DNA of 59,737 nucleotides, counting the filler, from Collodictyon triciliatum (Eukaryota): NCBI GenBank assembly GCA_043381765.1. It is 4 parts of 4 records of this genome, joined end to end, with 100 filler letters (N's around TTAATTAATTAA, not from the genome) between each part and the next. Parts side by side here need not be neighbours in the genome. Positions count along the whole stretch, not along the records: positions 1 to 14,882 come from JBHJMP010001760.1; 3 more parts are not named here. One strand, written 5' to 3'. The translations under genes were made by a program, and so were the position numbers. Below are positions 1-13,070 of this stretch, in pieces. Under the pieces are notes generated by a model. The model saw nothing but the letters and a program-made list of their open reading frames with translations, was not told where the DNA came from and did no database searches. Position 1 is the stretch's first letter; the number at the start of each line of letters is the position of its first letter.

Positions 1-490
1 CTGCCATGTGCGTACTTTCATCGACCCGACAACTTTATCCGCTCTTCTGTCAGTCTCGAATACAACCAGAAATCGCGTTGGAGCTGATTCACTTCGGGTG
101 GAATAGTCTGCGTGTGAGAGCACTTTCTCTCCTTTCTATTTTCTTTTTCTTTCCACCCAAAACACAAAACCTCCAACCACACAATCCGGGGTTTCCGCAG
201 GAAAGTCCTCTCTCAAAATACAATTCAAAAGAAACTGGTGAAATAATGCATATATATGATAGCCAAATACTTCTGCCATCCAGCCCTCAAACAGCCCCGC
301 GCAAACGAATGTTGGTGAACCAAAGCCGAAACCTCCACCATCTTTTCACAAATCCAAAAGAAGAATAAAAAAATAAAAAATAAGACGCTCATCACGACAG
401 CTGGGGGTATGGATGCGGCACAACGAGCAGCACCAGCCCGCGCAAAGCGAGAAAGAAAAAGAATGAGAACGCGCAAAGGCAAAATAGAGT

Positions 491-563
491 CGCCCACCGT
501 GGGGCTCGAACCCACGACCGTGAGGTTAAGAGCCTCACGCTCTACCGACTGAGCTAGACGGGC
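491..563 (-). tRNA. tRNA-Lys (anticodon CUU), intronless
   Basis: The reverse complement GCCCGTCTAGCTCAGTCGGTAGAGCGTGAGGCTCTTAACCTCACGGTCGTGGGTTCGAGCCCCACGGTGGGCG is 73 nt. It folds as a cloverleaf with D-arm AGCTCAGTCGGTAGAGC, anticodon stem TGAGG/CCTCA around loop CT-CTT-AA, and a GGTTCGA T-loop. There is no encoded CCA. A T4 run 7 nt downstream (481-484) is a plausible Pol III terminator. Confidence 0.97.
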
Positions 564-934
564 TTTCTTGCACTACTTCAGTGATAATTAGTATTAAAAT
601 TATTATTCATTACTCACTTTTTGCGGCAACAGTTTCCAACATGAAAAGCAAGAGCTGGGTTTTTATATTGAAATGCAAGGTATGCATGCAACGAATGAAA
701 AATGTGCCAATATTTATATTATTTAAATAAGTTTTCGTGTATTTTCCGCATATGCATTAACGATATCCTGTTGCGGATTTTTGATCTTTGTCCCGAATCC
801 CCACGATCGAATCCTAACCACCACCAATCACACACCAAAGAAAAGCGCCTGATATGAAAGAAACGCGACACCCCGAGAGCCGAAGTTTCTCTTGTGCCTG
901 ACGATATGTATGTAAAATCAACAAACAGCAGTTG

Positions 935-3900
935 ATGGACAGAACTGAGGGCCGACCAAGCCCACCTCTGCTGAAGAAGTTTGTACACCAGTCGACCCGA
1001 GAAGATCTCGAAGAATGGGCGAAAGTGATGAACCAAAAGTCCAAGGGTGTGGCGTCCCAGATTGTTGTGATCCAAGGGTCGTCGACCAACCTGACTGGTG
1101 GCACCAAAGAAGAAGGCAGCCCAACAGCAACACGGGCGCCACAGACTGGGCGAAAGCTGAGCCCAAAGAGCGGCGGCTCAGAGGGTGGCTCGCCGCCTGG
1201 CCGCACGGGACAGCATTCAAGGAATGCAGACGATGGCGCGTCCAATTCGTCGTTCCACGAGACTGCGTTCGAAGCCTATGCGACGCTGATGCGAAGGCGG
1301 CAGCAGAAGCAGGAATCAGGCACTATGGAGCGGGAAACCAGGCAACTGGCATTACAGACGATCCAGGAGATCAAAGCGCCACACACGTCCAAAGGCCCAC
1401 ACAAAGGAAAGACCTCTGACGATGAATCCAGGAGGGCCGCTCGAACGCGCAACCCCAACGACACAATGGACTCCCACGACATGGACGAGCAGCTCAATGC
1501 TTCGGGCCTTCGGAAAAAGGGCGCAACAACAGCCATAGGAACAGCGGCAAAGCACAAGAATGATCGCGCACGCAGAGACCGCAGGAAGACTTATTCGGAG
1601 GCCAGCAGGGATGACCGGCCGCAGAGCTCGGAATACCCTGATGACAAGGATGACGGCCACAGCGAGGACTTTCGCTCAAAGTAAGTATCTCTCTTGCCTG
1701 AGCCGCGTCCCTCCTTTGCTTGTCTCTTCAAGAACTGAAATCTAGACCCAATCATCCAGGGCATCCCGATCTCCAGTCATCCGTAGAATCATGTCGCTGG
1801 GCGAAACGCCGACTCAGCCAAACTCCACGATTCCGCCGTCGGCTCGTCGATGGGTGACTGGCAATCACGGCGGACCAGGGTCCATGAACAAAGCAAGCAG
1901 CCACGGCTTGGTTCCACCCAGCTTTGCGATGATTGTCGAGGACGGAGAAGGCCAGCGCGAGAAGTGTTTATTAATTTAGTCTAGCGAAATACATACCTGA
2001 AACCTTCTCTTTCTGATCTTCTTGCTGATATCTATCATCCTTTGTACCAACATAATAGACTTGTGTTCGAAGTCGTGTAAAGCGATGCCCTAAATTCCTG
2101 CCTCGGCTGTATAACTTCATAATCATTAGGCTCCCACTCATCCGAGTCTCCCCAGACGTACTTGGCGCACGAGGCAAAGTACCGCATGAAGCCATGTCCA
2201 GCAACCGGGACGACCAAAGCACGAAAACAGGTGGATTCAGCCGCTCGCCATCATCTGTCCAACTGCCCCAAATTATTCCTCCCAGCCCCGCTCCAAAAGC
2301 ACCATCTTCCGATCGTGCCAAGTCACCCGGCGGTCCAGGTTCTGAAAATCAGCCGCGAGCACGTCGTGGCTCTGTTATGGTGCCAGATTCGAACGCGGTC
2401 AGACTTTTCATAAATCTTTCAAAGCCTCATGCACTCTGTCTTTTGTCAAAATATTTATTTGTGCGTATCACACCCTCATATTTTGCTGTAAATTCCCAGG
2501 TACATGGCAGTGGTCACTTAGGAAGTCACGCTCCTCACAAAACTCACCATCAATCGTCACTCACTCCTCGCGTGCAAATGTATTTTAAGGTAAAGCATGA
2601 AGAATCAAGAAATAAATATGGAGTTTCTATTCCAGGATTCGTTATGGAGGCGGTGGATATTCTGTCAAACAGATCACCAGGTTCTACTCGACAATATTTC
2701 CTTATTGTACCATACTGCAAGCTACGAAAACTGCTTGAAAATTTTCACAATTGAATCAAAAGTGGAGAAAAACATTTAATCCTGTGTGACTCATAAAAGT
2801 GCCACAGATTCTGCCGCTAAGATGATTCAAAAATATGTTACTAATGTGATTTGGCTAGCCGCTGGAAACAATCGGACTGATATTCGCCGCGCCATTCAGA
2901 TTTACACTATGCGCCTTCAGGTGACCCCCCAGTGATATAATCCTCATGACACATACATGATTCCAATTATGAGACATTTTTATTCGAAATTATTACTATT
3001 ATCAAGGTACTATATTTCATAAATAAATATTGAAGACAGTGAACCACATACATTCTTTTCCCTCTATTATATCCAAAATTGTAAAATGAAGTAATATTCA
3101 AATTTTTCTGTGCATGACGCGCGAAGTTCATGATACGCATTCATTTGTAAATAAGACACTAATATATATCAAGGATATCAATCCATCAATCCGCACGGAA
3201 AGCATAAAGAATCTGCAGCCGTTGGAGCTGCTTCAGCAGGATTGGGTGGTTGAACCATTGTTTGAGTGTCTGGTGGATTCTCACGCTGGAGTCCGTCGAG
3301 AGGCAGCTAAGGTAGGTGGTAGAACATGTTTGGAGCTTCCAGTACCACCCACCTAATACACATATGCACCATCCATTTCAATTCACATAGGCGCTCTCCA
3401 TGCGAGGCTTTCATGAGCAAAATCCACAAATTATTGATGAACTGCTGAGGCAGCTCGATGACTGCAGAAAACGGGGCGCTGGAGGGACGTCAGAAGAGGA
3501 GGTATTGCTGGCTAGTTGCATATAGATCGCATCGTGACCAGGATTTCGTAAAACATATATAAACGGTGTATTTTGTTATTGTTTGTTTTTGCCAGATAAA
3601 TCTGACATGTGTTGTATGGCATAGGCCATGAATATGGAAATAGACCTCATTCGGTTTTTCGGTGATTTGGGTGAGGCGACTCCCCGGATTGTACAATCCC
3701 TCACTCGGAGACTTGAAGAACATGTCCACCCTATGGTTCGTGCCGAGGCTGAAAGGTATCACCCGATTTAATATATCAAGCAATTTCGGACTCCTTCATT
3801 TGAAATGTCACTTTTTTAATTTTTTTCGCGAGACATGTACACACTCTCCCATCATATTACCAGTTATGAAATTATTGCATTAATTTTACAAGGTCGCTCG

Positions 3901-6900
3901 TCAATCTGAATGTGAGAGACGTAAAAGTTTTCTCTGCCGTATTTGCTCGAGTAACAGATAAGGTATTATTTATGATCTCTTTTATTTTCCTCTGCGTCCT
4001 ATCTTCATCCTTTTCGTTTAATTAATTCCTTTTTTTTTTTTAAAAAAAAAAGGAGTTACAACCAGAACCTCATTTCTCTATTTTGAATCCAATGCATGGT
4101 CTAATTAATGATTTTTAATAATTACGACAATTATAGAACTGGAGATTGCGTCTTGACAGTGTTCGTGCTCTCTCAGCTCTCGAGTTAGAGGACGAGCACC
4201 TAGCTGCTTGTTTAGGTTGGTGTTGCAGTGCCATGCGCTTTACCTTCAAGATTGGTTTAGTAAAGTTCATGACATATATGTAAATATTTGTCGCTTGAAT
4301 AATTGAAATCCTATTAAAGTTCATCGCCTCGGAGAGGAATGGAGCAACGAAGTTCGAGAGGAGATCGTTTCTGCTGTCACTTCACTGAACTTAGTTGATG
4401 ATGTAGTCACAGGCTTAGTGGGTAAGAGTCGACATATAAAATTCACGACAAAGTCATTCTCATTTATTTAATGTACGTCCTGGAGAATCTCGAAAAGATA
4501 TATTGGACTATCAACTATGACTTTTCCTCGACTTCTCCAGATTTAACCACAAATATCGATTGCATCGTCCGAGTTCGTGCAATCGAAGCAATTGATTCCA
4601 TTCTGGCGCAGAATGAATCAGATGATGTCGAAACATCGTTGAATGATGGATATATGAAACTGTGCGTACTTTACCAACGACACCATCTATGGAGGAGAAA
4701 AATATTCTCACGATGATACATTTAGATTCCGTATCTAAATCATAGTCTTGAAATCGTGCATCCAATGCATCTAACAATTTTTTTTTATTTTTTTAACTGT
4801 AGCCTACACTTGATTGCTCCTGTTGTTGTGAAATCTATGGAAGATATATCTGGCATGGTTAGGCTGCAGGGGGCCTTGGTATTTATATGATGATATTTTG
4901 AATCTTGTCATGTTTCGTTTCCATCGTTCGTGAGATGTGTGTCTTTCATTAGTGCATAATCAAAAAGTTTCAGATCCTATAGTATTGAACTATTTTGGAT
5001 AATGACACAATTATATGCAACAATAATATGCAAAGCCCCCATCTTGCACAAATTGAAACCAGGGATAAAAACTTTGCCTCTTTTTTGTGAAATGAAAACT
5101 AAATCATAATTTTGATATAGTAATATGTCTCGTGGGAATGAATTTTATACATGCATTCATACTTGCAATATAGGCTGCACACCGATTGAAACCTTGGATG
5201 TCGTTAATACACAGCCACGTGTCTAAAGTTGAAGATTATCAGGAATTAGAGGCTGCTTCGATGCTTTCAAATTCAACACGGACAAAGTCAGAGCGAGATA
5301 TGTTGAACGAAGATAAAAAGGTGTACATTAATGTTGTTGCTGGACTGTGCAGTCGTTTGAAAGGTTCTACAATATTTCTCTAAAATTTGCTTACATTTTA
5401 TGCACGTAGTTTCTGACCTCTTCACCATCTTACTGCCTTGCATAAACTTACTTCTAAGGATGAGAGATGACTATATTCACAAAAACATATATTCCACTAG
5501 ACCCTCATCCCGAAATTCGCACGGCCTCTGCATCTGCTCTTGGGCACTTTACCATCAAAACGGACGAAATTGTATCAGCCCTGACGCAACTAATTCACGA
5601 CTCTGACCCTGAAGTAATCAGTACTGTCGAACGATCGCTGTTTCAACTCGGAGTCAAGTATTTTATCATTATTAAAATGTTAAATACGTGATTACCTTTT
5701 TTTTTTTTTTAAAAAAAAAACAACGAAAGTCTTTGGTATGTTGTTGTTTAAAGTGAGATTACTTCAAGTATAAATGATATTTTTTCTCCTCTTTTTTTTC
5801 TCTCTTTTCATCACCATTAATAGTAAAATAAAATAATCGCAGGGAGAAAGACATGGTCCAAGCCATCGAAAGACAGCAACAATTAGAAAATGAAGATTTC
5901 GTTCTTGAAGTGCCGATTCATTCGGTCAAGGATAAAAACGTTTTTCAGGCACTCACTTTGGTAAATGCATATTCTCATGTCGATCTTACGCATATAATTA
6001 TTTCCTTTTTTTTATTTTATTTTTTACATTTGGTTCTGTTTAACAAGGTGTTAATTTTCTTCAAATATTTCATCCCTTTGATAAAGCTGGCAGGCTCGTG
6101 TTTGTTCTACCGGTTGGATGATGTTGTGTTGGAAATACGGTATTTCTCTTTGAATGTGCACATTTTTCATGAGTGGGACTATACTTTCGTTATTGCGATT
6201 ACCAAGTGGGGATATATATATATTTGATTTTACAGTGACAAACTATTCTTTACTCTATTATAACTCAGAATCACTTCTTTAACTTTAAGGATATGATGAC
6301 AGATGATTTAAAATTACATCTAGCGAAATGGCCTCCCGAGCACTTAGAGCTCTTGGTTTGCGAGGCCCAGTACTTGCAAATACACTTATGAGGCACATGC
6401 GAGATCCAAAACTCAATACTATTTTGTCGAATGTGGTAGCCTTTCATCTCGTGGATGAGGAAATCTTGTTGCAAATGTTTATGTATCTTGCTAGAGACAG
6501 GCACAAAGACATTCGGTAATTTTCTCCGCTCTTACTAGTTAACTTGCCTGTACTAAAATCACTCATCCTATTTTTATTATTTATCCTGTGCGGCAAATCT
6601 GTGCAGTGCGGGGTGTGCTTTTGTCTTGGGCACTTGTCCGCGACTATGGGCTGTTGCTGATGGGTTGGGATATGGAGAAGTTATCACAATCCTTTTAAAT
6701 CTTCTCGAAGACCAATTCGAAGAAGTATGATTTTTTTCTACAACAGTCGTTTTATTTACAAATTTTAAAAAAACCATTCATGCTCATAATTGACATACAT
6801 CTAAAGATCTTTGTAAATACAAGGTGAAAAGAGATGCGCTTCTTGCTCTTGTAAACATCGCTCAAAAGGAAGACTTGGCCAGTTTGGTGGAGGACCCAGA

Positions 6901-9900
6901 GGGTGAATCTGGTTACCTTTCGGACCGAAATGATGGACATTCATCTTATGATGGAGCATCTGTAAACGAGTACTCTCCAACAATGACCAAGTAATACATT
7001 TACTGCAGCTTTCAAAACAAAAGAAAATTAGCAATATTTGTTTGATTTGTTTCATAGGACCTGATATCTATGTGCTTTTTCTTTAATTACGAATCTGTGC
7101 AGAATTCAATGTCAAAGTATTCTCTCTTTTTTTTTCTAAAAAAAAAAAAGTAACGAAATGGGAGGTCTGTCACCGCATATGGAATCTTCGCAGAGATTAC
7201 AGGGGGTTTCATCCAGCAGTAATATGTTCTTATATAAACAGACGTCTGATTGATTTTTATAAAGTCATTCAAAGTTTTTTTTTTGATGTATCCTGAAAAA
7301 TTCATTTCAATTGAATACCAAATTTTATCCATAACACACTAGTACTTCGAAGTTCTGCAGGGAACATTCGACGAATCATCACAGCCATCCAAAAGATACT
7401 ATTGACAGATGAACAGAATTCTGAAGGGAACGAATCGAACGATGTGCGTTATACAGCCGCTATTTCACTTGCAATGCTGGAAATCGATGATGAGGTATGA
7501 ATGATATCATTCAAGACATTTTTTTTTGATTTTCAAGAATGGTTTAATTTCGAAAGCATAATCCCTTAAAATCTTACAAGTTCGCCCAGCAATTAATTTT
7601 TGGAAGTCGAATAATTGAAGCGGAATTTCATAGCTTGTTATAAATGCGCTTGTTGGCCACTTGAAGCGAGAGGATAACCGTAACAAGCGAGCTGAAATAC
7701 TGGAGGCCATTAGGCGTATCGGAAAGAAACGGTCTGGGCAAGGGCACATTCACCAAGGATGTAATTGCAGTGTTATGATTGCAGCCCTGAAGGGCTGCCT
7801 GGCTGGCACGAAAAGGTAACATCAAGCCTTTGCAATCAATACGGTTTACAGTAGAAGTATAATCAACACATGACAGCTGCTAAATGGATGGTTTATATAT
7901 TTAAGCTCACTATTAACAATCAATTTATTAATCTTCAACTGATGTATTACCCGTTCGATCAGAGATTTGCTCGTTGCTGCTTGCCGCGTAATGTCTAGAC
8001 GTTATCTCACCTTTTACAATATCTTTTTAACATGATTGGTAGAATTATTTCAAAAAAGGAAAAAGAAAAATAGGCGTATTTAAGGGCCCTCTTACCCACA
8101 GGGGTTGCTCGCATTTGAGGTCAAAGAGGAGGAGTTTACTTTCATGATTATGGATGTCGTTCTCAAAGCAAGTAATACGTGGGATTTGAGAGTTGAATGT
8201 TGCCAGATGCTTGGCCAGCTTGGCTTTGCCAACGAAAAGGTACCATCGATGTTTCATGTGATATTTTGAGATGTGATATTCTTTGAAATCCTGTAAAGCG
8301 AACCAAGGTATTTCCAGCCAACTATTCATTGATACTCTTTTGATGATGGGATTCATTTCTTCAATAGGTGATTGAGTTCTTACTCTCCTGTTTGTCAGAT
8401 GCTGACCCTAGTATGCGTACATCTGCAATCAACTCTCTCAACTCCATCTATCTGGTCCCGCGTATGTCTCCAATCTCTCCCGACGAGCGAGTGCTGAGCA
8501 TGATTCTGGCTCGTCTGACAGATGTCAGCGACAAGGTGCGGTCAGCAGCGACGAAGTCTTGCACGTATGTTTACAATTTTTGTAGTTGGGCTCATCTATG
8601 CAGTATGCAATGCTACAAAGGGATTGCAAATAACGCTTTTCTTTTCTTTTCTTTTCTTTTCCCCTTTTTTTTATTTTATTTCATTTCTCTTCGTATATTA
8701 CCGATTGGAATATTCACTTTATACACGTATGCCTTTCTACAAATGTGCCCATACCTAATTCATTTTTTCTGGGGGTGAAACAGGGTGCTTAATATAACGG
8801 AGAGGTGTGTCGGCGAGCTTTTGAAGGTAGTCAAGGACCAACGGCCATCTGTTCGATGTGCGGCAGTGAAAACGATGGGATTACTGAACGGCGTTCGGAA
8901 TTCGAATCCCTTAAATGTATCGTTTGTATGATTGACTCACACTACATCTAGAACATATCTTTCATGTCTGGGCAACACCGGATATGCCCTTATATAAGCT
9001 AATAATAGTTGTTTTAACCACCCTCTATACTTAGTATGATGCTGAAAATAACGCCCATGAGGTCGGTACACCAGGAGACACCAATAAAAGCCTATTGGGG
9101 TCGAATTCTCCTAACATGAAGATATCCAGTCGAAGGAAGAAGAAACGAGGTACAAAAAGATAATATCGAGCAGGTGTCCAATTTGACATTTCATGCCTTG
9201 CCGTTAATATTTCCTGTCCATTATTATACCGACAAAGCAATTCCCTTTTGTTAGGGCTATCGATGCGCCAACTTCGAAACACAAGCATCACGAGATATTG
9301 TGACTGCGACCCAAGAATCCCTCCTGTCCTTACAGATTGCCTACTGGACGTAGATGCATCAGTAGCAAAGGTTAGCGAATCATTGTGAGAAAATATAGAG
9401 TTTATGAATCACGGCGATGCATAGGAAAAGTTTACTTTTGCTGACATATTTCCGGGTAGGAGAGCAAGCATTAAACAACTTCACATGATAGGCTTCTGCA
9501 GACTCTATCAAATCGTTGCAAGCCGAAAAAGTGACGATTTCCATTCTCTCGCAGCGAATGTTTGGTGATGACAATGGCATTGGGGGAGTAAAGAAGGATG
9601 GTGGTCAAATAGCGCTTGCAAGTGCTGGAGACAATGGACAGGAGCGAGATGGGCGATTGGAGGTGCTGAAGGCTTTGGCTGTGCTTGGGGTGAAAAACAA
9701 GGTCCGTCCATGTACACACAAATATGAATCTTATCCCATGAAAAGTAAAGATTTCAGCAACTAGCTGTCCTAACACGGTCTCTTTAATTGTCATTNNNNN
9801 NNNNNNNNNNNNNNNNNNNNNNNNNNNNNNNNNNNNNNNNNNNNNNNNNNNNNNNNNNNNNNNNNNNNNNNNNNNNNNNNNNNNNNNNNNNNNNNNNNNN

Positions 9901-12756
9901 NNNNNNNNNNNNNNNNNNNNNNNNNNNNNNNNNNNNNNNNNNNNNNNNNNNNNNNNNNNNNNNNNNNNNNNNNNNNNNNNNNNNNNNNNNNNNNNNNNNN
10001 NNNNNNNNNNNNNNNNNNNNNNNNNNNNNNNNNNNNNNNNNNNNNNNNNNNNNNNNNNNNNNNNNNNNNNNNNNNNNNNNNNNNNNNNNNNNNNNNNNNN
10101 NNNNNNNNNNNNNNNNNNNNNNNNNNNNNNNNNNNNNNNNNNNNNNNNNNNNNNNNNNNNNNNNNNNNNNNNNNNNNNNNNNNNNNNNNNNNNNNNNNNN
10201 NNNNNNNNNNNNNNNNNNNNNNNNNNNNNNNNNNNNNNNNNNNNNNNNNNNNNNNNNNNNNNNNNNNNNNNNNNNNNNNNNNNNNNNNNNNNNNNNNNNN
10301 NNNNNNNNNNNNNNNNNNNNNNNNNNNNNNNNNNNNNNNTACTCACATCACCTCTTTCATTTTTTTCTGATGTATGGATTAATGTCCAATAAAAAGCAGA
10401 TATAGTATATGAATGATGATCTTGAAATCATCGTATGTAAAATCTTGCGCGGTGTGTAAAATAGGACTCTGACAACTACAATCTCAGAAGCATCATCATC
10501 AAGGCTTTTGTGGATTTGAAGGTATGCGATGGTTTTTGTATTATAGAGTGGATCTGAATTATTATTTTTTTCATTTGAATGGAATCCCTGTTTTTAAATC
10601 GATTTTAATTTCTACAGGTAACACATCCAAAAGCAATTGAAGTTCTCCTGTCACATTTGCAAGATGATGATGGAGCCAAACGTGTGGAGGCAATCAGAGC
10701 ATTGGCGCTCCTGGGCCAAAAGGCTGAAGCGATAGTTCTCGTACGCTCTAGCTCGATTTTCAATGCCCATCCTTGTTCTTTTACTCTCATTAACTGTATC
10801 TGCATGCTATTTGTTCTTTTTATTTTTGAGACGTAGGCATTGAAATATATATAAATGAATCAGGCCTTAGAGCAACGACTTAAAGACGATGATGTGCATG
10901 TACGGGCAGAGGCCATTCGACGACTTGGCGAAACTATGTCTGAGAAGAGCATTCCTCAAATAGTGGCCGAATTACTAGATGAAAAACACAGCATCGTTCG
11001 CCTAGAAATATCAAAAGTTTAATTATTACAATTTCTATTCACTTTTTCTCGAAGATAAAAAAAAAAAGGGATATGGAAGTATGAAGATTGAATTGTGTAT
11101 TACTTGATAATTAAATATTTACTAACCCTGCATAAAATCCTAGCTTGTTTCGCGATTCACTATTGACGGGCCTGAAATTACCTCTGCCATGCTTAGCTGG
11201 TTAGAAGACAAAAGCCCGTTGACCAGGTTTCTATTTACAATCACTCAATTTTGCGATTAGCTTATTCCTATCTTTTCTTTTGAATCTTGCACCTTTGCCA
11301 AAAAATTTTTTATCCATTTATCATGATAATTGTTTTGTTCTTTGTTCCATTGGGAATATTCAATTTGTCCATTTTCGAAACAACTATCTGATTCTTTAAG
11401 AATACACTGTGAAAAAGCTCTCCTTTTCTTTTTCCATTTCCTTTTTTTTTTAAAAAAAAAATTGAATATTTTCGTTTCAAATTTTCCAATAGTTTCTACA
11501 TATCTGCATGCACATATTCACACTCCAAGTGGAAGACTGCTCCATCAGTATTAGCATTTCATAAAAATAATAATAATAATATTTTAGAATCGAAGTACTG
11601 CGTAGCCTCGGCAAACTTAACCCTGTCGACGAGGACGGTGTTGTGGTTGGTGGGATTGTCAAGCGAATGGAGGATGATGAGAACCCCAACGTCCGAGCCG
11701 CCGCAGCAGAAACGATAGGATTGATGACATCAGCCTTGTCTTTGAGGTGCGTATGACGGGATTCATTTACGTAAAATCCTCATTCAGTCGAAATTGTCAT
11801 GTTCACTTCTCTGCCTTTTTTTTTCCAAAGACTTTATACAAGCAAGTAAATCGTGATATTTATATTTCCATCCTAAAAAGGGACAAGAGTGTGGCAAATG
11901 CTCTAATTGCTCTGCTCAAGGACACCCAGCACTTTGTTCGAATTCAGGCTTTGCACGCGATTGATGTATTAAAGTTTAACAACAAGGCTATCGTGGATGC
12001 CGTTATTCAGCGTTTATTAGACTGGCATGACGAGGTTTTGAGTCGACCAGATTTTGAGGAATCTTGCTTCCTTTTTTATTTTATTTTTTTTTATTTCTTT
12101 TCTCTTTTCTCTCCTCTGAAAAACATCGGCCATTATGCACAGGTTGTGATGGAGGCTGCGAAGCTTCTTTCCCGCCTTGGTGTGAAAGATGAAAGGGTGG
12201 CAAACTCCCTCTTGCTGAAGCTCGATGGCGGCTCCTTGACTGCCCGCACCATTGCAGCCAAGTCTCTGGCCTTGCTGGGGCTCAACTCCCGCAACATTGT
12301 CCACGGCCTGCAGTTGCGACTCGAAAACGACCCCTCAGCCGCCGTCCGGTAATTCCATTCGCCTGCATATGAGACAATTCCGCCCAGAGAGCCATGCAGA
12401 ACTCGCGCACATAATCATCTATTTTCTTCTGTTGTCCTTTATTCTTTTTTCTTTTCTTTTCTCCCTTCAACACGTCTGTTAGCTTGATATTTAAATGAAT
12501 TTCCTTGATGCATCCATGTGTGTGCGTGTATGTGTAGACATATAATGACGATACTGGTCTAATTTTATGCCTGGACAGATGCGAATCGGCGGTGGCACTA
12601 CAGAAGCTTGGCGTGCAAAGCGAGGTGATAGTGACGACACTGATAGAGTTTCTGTTTGAGAGAAACTCTGAGATTCGCACAGCAGCAGTGAAAGCGCTGG
12701 CAATGCTCGGCGAAGGCGCCAGCAACCAAGCAAACTCTGAGGACAAAAAGGAGTGA
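935..12756 (+). CDS. Large HEAT-repeat (HEAT_2/PBS-lyase-like alpha-solenoid) protein with a disordered N-terminus; about 38 GT-AG exons, with an N-gap inside the gene
   Basis: Manual splicing keeps the frame open from ATG 935 to TGA 12754-12756. Many LxDxxxxVRxxAxxaL units occur, e.g. CLVDSHAGVRREAAK, LIHDSDPEV, CLSDADPSMRTSAINSL, RLTDVSDKVRSAA, LLKDTQHFVRIQALHAI, RLENDPSAAVR. The first exons are low-complexity S/G/R/D-rich. The gap at 9796-10340 may hide exons. Confidence 0.88.
9796..10340. other. Intra-scaffold assembly gap (545 N)
   Basis: N-run with no TTAATTAATTAA spacer; HEAT exons lie on both sides. Confidence 0.95.
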
Positions 12757-13070
12757 GAAGAACGGAGGGGGTGCAGCATCCCACAACAAAGTAGCGTATT
12801 TCTACAAGCACACACACACACACACNNNNNNNNNNNNNNNNNNNNNNNNNNNNNNNNNNNNNNNNNNNNNNNNNNNNNNNNNNNNNNNNNNNNNNNNNNG
12901 AAAGCAGGAAAGCCACCGGAAATAAACACGCCGTCATCCCTGCACAAAGGCGTGCGCACCTGCACGCAACACGGCCGCAAGAGAAAGGGCTGGGCTGTGG
13001 CTACACCAAGGGCTACATCCGCCGGACGAGACGAGCACAGAGAAGAAGAGAAGGGAAGAGAAGGAGGGCG

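Noticed and set aside
6-515. ORFs 6-368 (+) and 225-515 (-)
   Set aside because: They have no recognisable motif or splice chain, and one overlaps the tRNA. They are likely spurious.
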